From the NCBI RefSeq assembly GCF_009914755.1, contig NC_060944.1: a DNA stretch of 64,000 nucleotides; one strand, written 5' to 3'. This DNA comes from the human T2T-CHM13v2.0 reference genome, Homo sapiens. The position numbers and the translations under genes were made by a program. This document shows positions 1 through 10,336 of this stretch, in pieces (within the stretch, counting starts at the first letter, position 1; every line of letters starts with the position of its first letter). The notes under the pieces were generated by a model. The model ran no database searches. It saw only the letters and a list, made by a program, of their open reading frames with translations, and was not told the origin of the DNA.

Positions 1-29
1 GAGGAGGACAAGAAACTTCCAGGGATGGC

Positions 30-100
30 AGAATTGTACACTTTAAGTGGCTGCAGTTTATTTTATGTAAATTATACCTCAATAAAATTCATTTTTCAAA
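30..100 (+). mobile_element. L1M 3' terminus fragment
   Basis: tgtacactt...tgtaaattatacctcaataaa, the typical L1MC/ME 3' end with polyA signal. Confidence 0.65.
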
Positions 101-103
101 AAG

Positions 104-148
104 CACCTAGAAGCATGCCCAACACATAGCAAATGGTCAATAAATGGT
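104..148 (+). mobile_element. L2 (or MIR) 3' end fragment
   Basis: cctagaagcatgcccaacacatagcaaatggtcaataaat resembles the L2 3' end cctggcacatagtaggtgctcaataaat. Confidence 0.5.
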
Positions 149-167
149 GGACTTCATAAAAAATTTC

Positions 168-172
168 TGTAT

Positions 173-217
<45 letters not shown>
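168..217. repeat. (TG)n microsatellite
   Basis: directly visible TG run. Confidence 0.97.
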
Positions 218-234
218 ACCCAGTAAGCTCATAG

Positions 235-447
235 AATGATGTTCAACATCATTAGTCATTAGGAAATGAAGATTAAAACTACATGAGATCATGTAGTACT
301 AGTGCAGTAGTACTGCACTAGAGTGGCTTAAGTTTAAAAGTTGACAATACCAAGTCTTCTCAAGGATGTGTAGCAACCAGGATCTAATATATGGTTGATA
401 GAAATGTACGATGGTACAGCCACCTTGGAAAACAGTTTGGAATTCTC
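235..447 (+). mobile_element. old L1 (L1ME-type) ORF2 C-terminal fragment
   Basis: tcaacatcattagtcattagg...ggtacagccaccttggaaaacagtttgg; ORF reads GTATLENSL. Confidence 0.8.
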
Positions 448-1243
448 CCAATGCATGCTAGGTTCTTGCCAGCCTCTCCCCTCAGATAAGTCACTTCTCC
501 TCCTTTGGGCAGCAGCAAGGTACAGAAACTTCAAGCTCTTCCCTGTAAGGCAAAAATGCCAACTCCAACTCACCTTCTTGGTGGCCTCTTAGCATCAGAG
601 AAGGCTACTTCCTGACAGAAGCAATTGTGTTCTCTGTTTCATCTTGGCTTCCTTATGACCCCTTTCAGACTTATCAGGACTGTGTGCCACTCCTCAGACT
701 GGGCTGAGTCAGGAAACCAGCCGGCTCTCCATGCCTGTCCTCCACATGGCATCAGAAGGGAGGAAGCTACATGTGGTTCCAATCACTGCATTACAGACTC
801 AGCCTTTATGCCCTTCATTGTGTTTGGTTTGGAGGCCCCCTCGCAGACTTTATCCACTAGCTCGGTTCTTATGTTAAATTTATGTCTGGGTTCAGAACAC
901 TTCACATGATAACCACTGATTAAAATCCAAAAAATGAGACAGAAAGAAGACAGGATAAGAAGGATGACACATTCGAAAATAAGTGATCTTAATTCCTGGG
1001 CTCAACATTCTCCATCTGCTAAGATAAACAAGTGCAACTTCCTTTGCCTCCTTACATTGTGATTTGATTCTTCTCTCTGGCCTCTACCTGGAGCTGTAGG
1101 ACCCCCAGGGTGTTAGCCACTGACCTGACCACTGGACCCTTGGAGAATCCCCAGCCCCTCTGGAATGTGCAGGGATTTCTAACTCCATGACATTTTGGTG
1201 AAGAATTTTATTTTCAAAAACATAGCATAAAATAGAACAACAG

Positions 1244-1626
1244 CAGGTATTTCCAACCTATAGTGAATAAACAACCTGGTGGTGAAGGAATGTATATGCT
1301 TCTTTATCCGCACATTAGTGGCAAGATCTGGTAGTGAGCCTAATAACTCCTGTCAGTTTGAATTGTTGATGAGCATAAATGCTATTTTGAGATGCCTGCT
1401 ACATTGTAATGGGCTGTAAAATACCTGACTGCCGTTGATGATAAAGTCATGGAAATTGCTAACACTGTGTGGTGTGCTGCCTACATTCATATTAGAAGGA
1501 ACTGCTACATTTGGGTTAGAAGTTATTTAAAAACATATGTATTTTGCTCAATTCACTTTAGAGACCCCCTAAATTCTACCCATAGTCACCTAGGGGGTCT
1601 ATAGACCCCAAATTAAGAACCCTTGG
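1244..1626. mobile_element. hAT-Charlie-type non-autonomous DNA transposon
   Basis: degenerate terminal inverted repeats caggtatttccaacct ... aattaagaacccttg, and a ggggtctatagacccc subterminal palindrome. Confidence 0.55.
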
Positions 1627-2435
1627 AATTAGGACCAAACTCTGCCACCTGCCAGGTATTCTCACTGAGATGAGTGACCTGTCACCACTCCTGCCAACAG
1701 CATATGCCACCTCCTAAATTATTTTTAAAAAGTGATAAAACATTTCAGATACAAAAACATATAGGGAGTAACATAATGAATATCCATATACTCATCATTC
1801 ACCTAAGACATAAACTGTTTGCAAATGTATTTTGAAATCCCCTGCAGACTTGTCACTGCACACAGTTTCAATCTGTTCCTTTCTCCCAAGGGCAACTACT
1901 AACTAGAATTGTCTTTTGGATTCCTGTATGTATCCTTATGCCTTTTCCACAAATGTATGTACCCATGAACAATGCCAAGTATCAGCTGCATGTTTTTAAA
2001 CTTTGAGTGAATGAGATTGTGCTATGTGTATTCTCCTGCAATGTGCTTTTTCCTCTTGACATTATTTTTGTGAGGTTTATCTGTGTCGCTGTATGGGACC
2101 CCAGTTCACTTATTCTCAATTTGCATGGTGTCCTATAGTGTGGCTCTACCACAGGTAAGCTAGCTATTTTGTTGTTGATTGACATTTGGATTGTTTCCAG
2201 TTCTTCACATGACAGTACTCCACAGAACATTCTTGTGGGTGTCTCCTGGTGGGATGAATTTGTCTATCAGTGGAATGGCTGGGGAATAAGGTATGTGCAT
2301 CCTTGGTATCTACAGGTTCTACCAAACTGTTCTCCAGCATGGTTCTTCCGATAGATTTACACTTTGACTAGCAGGGGATGCAAGTTCCTACTGCTCTACA
2401 TGGTCATCAGTACTTCATATTCTCAGACTTTGCAT

Positions 2436-2460
2436 TAATAATAATAATAATAATAATAAT
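2436..2460. repeat. (TAA)n microsatellite
   Basis: directly visible. Confidence 0.95.
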
Positions 2461-2527
2461 TCCTGCAGTCTGATGATGTGAAATGGTATTTCAATGTGGT
2501 TTTAATTTGACTTCCCTGGTTACTGGT

Positions 2528-2973
2528 TATAATAATATAAATTGTGCCCCCAAAGAGAGAAGGTCCTAATCCCTGGAACCTGTGAATATTGCTTTGGTAA
2601 ATTATTTTGCAGGTGTGGTTCAGTTAAGGATCTTGAAATGAAGAGATTATCTTGGATTATCTGGGTGGGCCCTAAATGTGATCACAAGCATCCTTGTAAG
2701 AGAGAGGCAGTGGGAGATTAGACACACAAGAAGATATGAAGGTGGAGGCAGAGATTGGGGTGATGCAGTCACAAGCCAAGGGATGCTGGCAGCCCCCAGA
2801 AGCTGAGACAGGCAAGGAACAGATTCCTTCTTAGAGCTTCTGGAGGGGGCATGGCTCTGCTGACACCTTCGGTTTGGACTTCTGGCCTCCAGAACTGTGA
2901 GAGGCTACATTTCTGTTGTTTTAAGGGACACAGTTTGGGGTAATTTGTTCTGGAAGCCTAGGAAGCAAATTCA
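2528..2973 (+). mobile_element. MLT1 (MaLR) solo LTR, MLT1B/C-like
   Basis: gattatcttggattatctgggtgggccctaaatg...caagccaagggatgc...gacttctggcctccagaactgtgaga. Confidence 0.9.
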
Positions 2974-3585
2974 TGGATCAAATTCAGCTTCTGTTCACAA
3001 GTCTATTGGACATAGGGATGGCCTCTTCTGTGGATTGATTATTCATCAACATTGCCTATTTTTTCTTATTAACTGTAAGAGAACTTGCTGCATTATGGAT
3101 ATTAATTCTTTCTTGTTACTATGTTTTGTCCATGGCTTGTCTTTTCTGTTTTTGGTGGTGGTTTTTTTATATACAGAAGTTTTAAACTTTAATGTAGTCA
3201 GTGTGCCATTTCTTCTTCTTATTGATTTGTGTCAGGTCTTGATTGAAAAGTCCTTACTGTCCTGAAATTGGAGATACATACATATCCTGTTATTGTCCGC
3301 TAAGTATCTCCTGCTGTGTTGGGGCATGGCCAGCCCTTGCCTCTTGGGTGAGAGACCCCAGCTGGGAAGGGGCTGCCTTGCCCTTCAGATAATGGGCAAA
3401 GCCATGCAGATATCCCAGGGAACCTGCTAGAGCACACTGGACTGGGAGGGGGTGTTGGCTCTTTCAAACCTTAATTTTGCCAAATGGCCATGCTAATGAT
3501 TTTGATACTGAGTTTTTGTAGATATCGACTTCTCTGTTGCTAACCTGTGCTTTTTAATCATCACTTACCATTTACCACTTTTCAG

Positions 3586-3676
3586 TTCAGTTACCACCAC
3601 CGTAGGTCCAATGAAGGCACATGTGCCCTCCAGCTCAGCTATATGTTGTCAGGGTTGTTTTCCCTCCTGCTCCAAG
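3586..3676 (+). pseudogene. candidate decayed signal-peptide exon
   Basis: pyrimidine tract plus AG (3585/3590); ATG at 3611 and 3643; hydrophobic CALQLSYMLSGLFSLLLQ ending in phase-1 CAAG|GT (weak donor). Confidence 0.25.
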
Positions 3677-4024
3677 GTTGTCTTCATTTTCACGTAGTTA
3701 ATTATTTGCAGTGCCTAAAATTCCAGTCATGACAGTTTTGTTTAGTATTTTCCTGTCAAAAATCCAGATTGCAGGCCATGACCTGGGGTGCCTTTGGGCT
3801 GAGGCAGGTGATACATGAGCAAGGAGGTGAGTGAGTGACCTTAGGGACAGCTGCGGAGGGCAGGCCCCCGAGGTCTCAGATTGGACTCAACATCCACCCG
3901 CGCCACATCTGGGCCCTGGGCTCCTTGCTGGATGGCCTGTTATAGACCTCCACTATGGAAACTTTGGTCTCATTTTGGGAAAAAGGAGACTAGAGCCTCT
4001 AGCAGAGGAAATGACCCCTCTTGA

Positions 4025-4130
4025 TACTTTTTGCAACCCTGACCAAGTCATTAACTGCCCTGCATCTTTCTTGAGCTTTCAAATGGGATTACAGATGAGT
4101 GTATTTTTAAGGCCCCTTCCAGCACCTAAA
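4025..4130 (+). mobile_element. MIR/MIR3 fragment
   Basis: caagtcattaac...aaatgggatta...taaggccccttccagc. Confidence 0.5.
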
Positions 4131-4189
4131 AAGTGTCCAGTGACACTTAAGAAATCCAAAGGTGTCCAGTTTCACAGACTTATATCTTC

Positions 4190-4806
4190 CTTTTAAGAAA
4201 ACATGGTGTAAAGTATGCATAATGTAAAATGTACTATGTTACTCATTTTAAGGTGTACGATTTAGTAGTATTTAGTACATTCACGTTGCTGTACAACCAT
4301 CACAGAACTTTTACCACCCCAAGGGATATTCTGTATCCGTTAGCAGTCGCTCCCCACTTCCCCAGTTCCCAGGCCCCCGGCAGTCACCAATCTGTGTTCC
4401 TTCTGTATGGATTAGTCTAGATTGGATATTTCATATAAATGGAATCATACAATTTATGGCTTTTTGTGTCTGGCTTATTTCACTTAGTATCATGTTTTCA
4501 GGGTTCATCCATTTTGTAGCATGTGTCAGCACTTCATTCACTTTTATAACTGAATGATAGTCCACTGTGTGCATATATCACATTTTGTTAATCCATTCAT
4601 TCATTGGTGGACATTTGGGTGTTTCCACCTTATGCCTATAGTAAATAGTGCTACTGTGAACATTTGTGTACAGGTTTTGGTTTGAACACCTGAATTTACT
4701 TCTTTTAGGTATATTCCCATGAGTGGAACTGTGGGGCAATGTAGTAATTTTATGATTGATTTGTTGAGGGACTGCCAAACTGTTTTCCATGACAGCTGCG
4801 CCATTT
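4190..4806 (-). mobile_element. L1MB 3' fragment
   Basis: catataaatggaatcatac...gtctggcttatttcacttag...ggacatttgggtgtttcca; minus-strand ORFs give L1 ORF2 C-terminal peptides. Confidence 0.92.
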
Positions 4807-5354
4807 GTGTTTTTCTTGATGAACTGTGTCCCCAATTAAAAAAAAAGTTCTTGTTCTTTCAAATTTCCCATGTTTATGATTCCTCTGTTCCTAAAAGAAT
4901 CCTTAATTTATTCCCACCCAGAGATTCCAGGAAATATTTCCTATGAATGGCCTGTGTAGCTTTTCAGTACCTTCTCTCCCCACTGAGGAGCCATACTGGG
5001 GGCTGCCCCAAAAGAGAGCTGCCAACCCGTCACCCATGTCATCTGGGTGCAGAGGGTGAGAAGCAGCCCTTCCAGGTCCCTGTGTGATGGGAGGTGGGTA
5101 AAGTCAGGGAAAATGAGCATGTCCTCAATCTGGGAAGGATGTTGATAGAGATTGAGGCACCTCCATAGATTTCTATCCTCCCAGTGACCCCTGCTTCTCA
5201 AGGGGCAAGTCCCCAGCCCCAGGTGCCTCAGCCACCCTTACAGATTGTAGGTGGTTACCCGACAGTCTACAGAGAAAAATATGTCTCTTTTAGCAGGGGT
5301 GGGTGTTCTGGCTCTGCTTTCTGACTGTTTGGAGACAGGACTGGTCCTTTGGGG

Positions 5355-5690
5355 ATGGCTTAGTTAGGGTCCAAAATTGTTTGGGAGGTAATCCCAGGAA
5401 ACACCCATAGGGAGTGTTACCACTGAGGACAGCTTGGGCTCAGTTTCGATGACTACCCTCTGGGAGACAGTGTAGAACCCTCAGTGTTGAGGCACTAATA
5501 GGTGAGGAGGGTGGGGTATTTATCCCCCAAATCTCATCCTACCTTGGTTGAGGATCACTCCTGAGGTCTGTCACTCCAGTCTACACATGTAAAGTCTTAG
5601 CACACTCCTAGGGCCAGAGAACATCCTCAGGCAGAAAGATGCAGGAAGCCATAGGCATGAATGGAAACTGGGGAGACCTCCAACAGTGCT
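5355..5690 (-). mobile_element. ERVL LTR16-like solo LTR
   Basis: tttgggaggtaatcccaggaaaca...ggggtatttatc (reverse of the LTR16 TATA box ataaatacccc). Confidence 0.6.
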
Positions 5691-5803
5691 AACACCGTGC
5701 TAATAGCAAAGAGGTGTGTAAGAAGAATTTGACAGATATTGCCCAGAAATGATCAGTATCTATATCTTGGGTTTGGCTGATACCATCTTATGTTTGCAGT
5801 CAG

Positions 5804-6340
5804 ACACGAATGAGAAGGTCTTAACATCTCAACATGTCAGTGAGTCAACTGATCCTGTCGATGTCTGTACAAGTCAACATGCAAAAATCTCAACAGCCAC
5901 ATCTTCAAATGCCTCCACATCTGGGCCTGTGAATATCTCAAAACTTTAACATGCAAATGACCCAATATCTCAACATGAGAATGTCCCTACATCTTAACAT
6001 GTGGATGTCACATCAACAGCTGAATCTGTGAATGTCAACATTTCAGCATGTGAATACTTCAACATTTCAACATGGGGATGCCACCTGTGAATAATATGCC
6101 AACTTCTCAACATGAAAATGTCTCAGCATGGAAATTTTATGGCATCTGAATCTATGGATACCTCAAAGCTTCAATATGTAAATGTCTTGGTATCTTAACA
6201 TGTGGATATTACAACATCTGAACCTGTGAATGTCTACACATAACAACATGCAAATGTTTTGATGTCTCAGCATGTGATTGTCAACATCTCAGCAATGTCT
6301 AGACATCACAGCACATGTGACAACACCTCAACTCCAAAAG
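5804..6340 (+). pseudogene. candidate decayed mucin-like repeat exon (TSQHVNVS units)
   Basis: acceptor tttatgtttgcagtcag|; 8-codon register over long stretches; most stops are CAA>TAA; ends in phase 1 at AAAG|GT. Confidence 0.4.
5808..6335 (+). repeat. degenerate 24-bp tandem repeat (consensus ~ACATCTCAACATGTGAATGTCTCA), about 20 units
   Basis: recurrent tcaacatg / tgaatgtc / acatctgaacctgtgaat words at 24-bp spacing. Confidence 0.85.
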
Positions 6341-6349
6341 GTTGAGTGA

Positions 6350-6708
<359 letters not shown>

Positions 6709-6747
6709 AGAAATTTTAACTCTTGTAGACATTCTGTTCTTTTGCAG

Positions 6748-6950
6748 ATCAGCACTGGCTCTCACATGTGGAAAGATACCTGCTAAAGCTTTGCAACAAT
6801 CCATCAGCACTGCACTACATTTATATGGAAATGAGGCTGCTGGATATCTCAGATGCTTCCAGATCTTTGTTGGGAAAAGACCACCCTGAGACCCATCCAG
6901 TTTCCTGATAGTGGCTTTAGAATCCCTCTCACAATCCCATCCAGATAGTT
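6748..6950 (+). pseudogene. candidate decayed exon, GAIN-domain-like
   Basis: strong acceptor ttctgttcttttgcag|; phase-1 frame open ~53 codons: DQHWLSHVERYLLKLCNNPSALHYIYMEMRLLDIS...; after a frameshift PIQFPDSGFRIPLTIP. Confidence 0.3.
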
Positions 6951-7114
6951 GCAGATAAAATGAGGCTACAGATTAGAAACAGAACCTCTGACACTTGTAA
7001 AGAGACAGTTGACTGCAGAGGGAAGAAAAGGAAAAGCTGTAGAAAGTAGGATCCTAAGGAAGTGACAGTGGGATTGACTAGGACAAGCCCCAAGGAACTT
7101 CCTGGGACACAGCA

Positions 7115-7470
7115 ATACTCTTTATTTTGATAGAGCTTTGGGTTACACAGGTGCATTCCTTGTCAAAACTAGATTCAGATCACTTCAGATTTGTACATTT
7201 TATTGTATGTTTTTGAATTGTATCTCAGCAGAAAAATACTGTAAACAAATATTGATATGATATGCTTGCTGAAGTATTCAGGGAAAAGTGTGTTGATGTT
7301 GGCAATATATTTTGAAATGTATTTTTTAAAAGATTGATGGGTGGGTAGTTAAATATATTTGTGAAAAAACAAGTATTTTACAATGTTATCATAGAATCTA
7401 GGTGCTGGGTAACATTTTTTCAACTTTTATACATATCTTAAAATTTTCCTAATAAAATATTCCAAAAGAA
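7115..7470 (+). mobile_element. L1MC/ME 3' fragment
   Basis: ggttacacaggtg...gtcaaaact...atttgtacattttattgtatg...agaatctaggtg...aaattttcctaataaaa. Confidence 0.7.
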
Positions 7471-7894
7471 AATCTAGGCTGGGAAAACTAACAAGTTCAG
7501 CCTTTGGGGGTTGCTCTACCCACATCACAGACTCTGAGAATGCCTCTCAGTCGTATCTCGTTTTCATGCCTGATACTCATTAATGGGCTGGGTTATTTTT
7601 AGAAATCTTAAGTTCTGGTTCATGTGTAGTAAAGACAGCAAAAATGCATGTAATTGCTTCTGGAAATTTTCCATTAAAAATAACTGCATTAGAAAAAAGT
7701 GGATTCTTAATTAGGGGTAAGCCTTAGATACTTGGAAAATCCCACTTAAGTGAAATCTCGCATTCTCTGGCAACATAGACGCAGGAGATGTTATTTTAAT
7801 TAGCATTTCTAGTTAGTGGGTGATCCCATCAGCTTACCTTTATCCTGGCTTTATCATTTCCAGGGCATTTTTACATGTATCACCTCAGAGTTTT

Positions 7895-8112
7895 AGAGAA
7901 AGGGTTTTTGAGCTAGAGCTGCCTGAGTTTGAACTCTAGTGTGACCACCTGCTGGGTGTGTGACCGTGAAGTCACTTCTTGATTTGTTTGAGCTCAGCGC
8001 TTTTTCGTGACAAGTGGAAATGGTAATATCTAAAACACAGGCTTCTTATAGGAAATAAATAATTCAGGCAAAGCAGATTAAAGGGCCTGATCGGCCATAG
8101 GTACTTAATGAG
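7895..8112 (+). mobile_element. MIR
   Basis: gcctgagtttgaactc...gtgtgtgacc...aagtcactt...gagctcag...catag.gtacttaat. Confidence 0.65.
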
Positions 8113-8184
8113 ATGGTGTTCTCGGCTTCAGTTACTTTGATGCAGTCACCATGACGTTTCTGTGAAGGAGGAGAATGAATATTG

Positions 8185-8434
8185 GTTTATCGTTTCCCAG
8201 ACGAGATAGCCGATGTTTGGAGAATTTCAGTTACCTGCAGACCACCAACCATGTGGGTCTCCCAAAGTAGATGGAGGACTTGAACCGACGTCTCCTGTGT
8301 CCCCTGCTGTTTCTACTTCAGCCATGCTCCCTACACCCCCGAGTCTGATGGGACAGTCACACAAACAGAATAAGGGGTACAAAGATGAACTGAGCTGGAA
8401 TCTCCATGGGTCTCGGGGCAAAAATAAGGTTGCC
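8185..8434 (+). repeat. local duplication, copy 1
   Basis: colinear with 9711-9955; 9 mismatches in the first ~105 nt. Confidence 0.95.
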
Positions 8435-8764
8435 TTATGCTTTTGGGTGTCACAGAAAGTTTTGTTGAAAATTATTAATATCCATGATTGAACAATGAAA
8501 ATGTAGCTGAAATCACTCAGCAAACTTGCTGTGCCGTTTTCAAACACGGTTAAGTATTTGGGCTTCCCATGTGTCGCTGGGAAAGCTTGACTTAGGGCTA
8601 CAACTGCCAAAACGTTGAAATCACAGGATAGGAACTGACAGGTGTTTTCCTGGCCTGTGAGCTCCCCAGGTGGAGATGCTCCATGTTTGCACGTCCTGCT
8701 GCTCGTCACTCCATCCCCCGAGGCCCCTCACTTCCCACCTGACAGCAAGCACTGGTGAGGAAGA

Positions 8765-9300
8765 TTGGGGCATGGGTTGAGTGCACAAGCATGGATCAGT
8801 AGGGCAACAATGGCCTTTCGAAGGGCCGTGGGCCCTTTTGTTCCCCTTTTTTGGCCAAAGCTGTGGAGTTCCCACACACCACAAGGAAGAATAGCTGTAT
8901 TACTTGCCAGACCATTCTCCCAGGACATCAAATCTGCCTCAGACCTGGTCATTGGACAGCTTTATGCAGATATCTAAGTTCTAATGAAGACTTTCCCGTC
9001 TTCTTAAGTTCATTATCCAGAATTGGCCACCAGCCTTATTTTAGAATAAAAGAAGAAAACACATATCCATTGGAAAATCATGTCAGCTGTTTGAGTGCTC
9101 TATCAATGCTGAAAGGGAGAGCCCTGGAGCCCAGCATGTGTCTGCTGGGGATGCCCATTCATGGTGCTCTATGGCAAGAGAGAGACCATGAGAGGAACAA
9201 AATACACTCACACCAACCCTGGGAGAGACGCTGTGGCCAAAGAACACACACCCTCGTGTGGCTTATTGTTTTTAGAGCATGCTAGAGAACTACAACAGAC
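8765..9300 (+). mobile_element. ancient RTE-clade LINE fragment (RT C-terminal region)
   Basis: frameshifted peptides AWISRATMAFRR..LW, FRIKEE...SMLKGR, VLYGKR resemble the RTE motifs RI.KA..AF..L..W, ILRI.W, LYG...GKR. Confidence 0.45.
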
Positions 9301-9710
9301 TGTTTGGAGCCTTAACAATCGCTTATTTTGTATTGGATGTTTTAAAAAAGCAAAGGATTTTTTTCTTTGTATGTTACACGTATGCCAGGAAAAATAGTTC
9401 CTGCAGAATGAAAACAACATGAGGGCCAGTTTGCAACTTGAGAGGGGCCGTTGGGTCCAATTGCAAAGATGCCATTTTCTCTGAAGCAATGAGGCTGAGT
9501 GTCTGCGGGGAGACAGACTTGGTCAGGCAGGTGGGCTTGATGTCAGATGATTGGCTGTCTTTAGGGAGGGCCCAGTCAGATCTTCGGTGGGAACTGCAGA
9601 TACAGTAATGACCTTGCCCCTGGCCAGCAGGAACATGGGCTCCTGAAAAACTGGTTTCCAGAACCTAATGGGAAACAGAGCTGTGCTGTCCCACAGCCTG
9701 GGGTGGTGGG

Positions 9711-9955
9711 TTTTATCGTTTCCAAGAGGAGATATCTGGTGTTTGGAGAAGTTCAGTTACCTGCAGATCACCAACCGTGTGGGTCTCCCAAAGTAGATGG
9801 AGGACTTGAACCCACGTTTTTGTATCCCCTGCTGCTTCCACTTCAGCCAGCCGCCCCCCTCCCCTGAGTCTGATGGGACAGTCATGAAAACAGAATGAGG
9901 GGAATGAGGGGTACAAAGATGGACTGAACTGGGATCTCCGTTGATCTCAGGGCAA
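9711..9955 (+). repeat. local duplication, copy 2
   Basis: colinear with 8185-8434; carries an extra gaatgaggg micro-duplication and runs into an inverted repeat. Confidence 0.95.
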
Positions 9956-9993
9956 CCTTATTTTTGCCCTGAGACCAACAGATTCCAGTTCAG
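9924..9993. repeat. 70-nt imperfect inverted repeat (hairpin)
   Basis: ctgaactgggatctccgttgatctcagggcaa / ttgccctgagaccaacagattccagttcag. Confidence 0.9.
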
Positions 9994-10040
9994 GAATAAG
10001 GTGTCCACACACGGCTCTAGGTTCCTCAAGAACAGTTAAC

Positions 10041-10336
10041 TTTTTTTTCTTTCTTGAGATAGGGTGTCACTCTGTCACCCAGGCTGGAGGGCAGTGGTGC
10101 AGTCATGTTTCACTGCAGCATCAAACTCCCGGGCTCAGTTGATTCTCTACTTCAGCCTCCCGAGTAGCTAGGACTACAGGTGTGCACCATCATGCCTGGT
10201 TAATTTCTGTATTTTTTGTAGATGTGGGGTTTTGCCATGTTGCCCAGGCTGGTCTCAAACTCCTGGACTCAAGCTATCCTCCTGCCTTGGTCTCCCAACA
10301 TGCTGGGATTACAGGCATGAGCCACCGTACCTGGCC
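10041..10336 (-). mobile_element. AluJ
   Basis: dimer with J diagnostics (cactgcagc, ttgcccaggctggtctcaaactcctggactcaag); TSD aagaacagttaac / aagagtggttaac. Confidence 0.93.

Larger units (their letters stand above)
1722..3262 (-). mobile_element. L1ME-type 3' fragment interrupted by MLT1
   Basis: gacatttggattgtttccag, ccaaactgttctcca, aatggtatttcaatgtggttttaatttg; L1 sequence resumes after 2975. Confidence 0.75.

Noticed and set aside
5808-6335. CRISPR-like or satellite array
   Set aside because: Eukaryotic context, no spacers, and the units are contiguous and degenerate.
7940-7960. CTCF-like ccacctgctgg (also near 1643 and 59137)
   Set aside because: Only partial matches, one inside a MIR; not supportable from sequence alone.
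8230-8320. TM1 of the candidate GPCR (YLQTTNHVGL / YLQITNRVGL)
   Set aside because: The following residues are strongly hydrophilic in both copies, so too many substitutions would have to be assumed.
8850-8977. Tx1/L1 endonuclease reading of RIAVLLARPF
   Set aside because: Flanking motifs fit an RTE post-RT region better, and no catalytic endonuclease motifs are present.
8185-9955. Direct repeats as LTRs of a small retroelement
   Set aside because: No TG...CA ends, primer-binding site, polypurine tract or TSD, and the interior looks like a LINE fossil.
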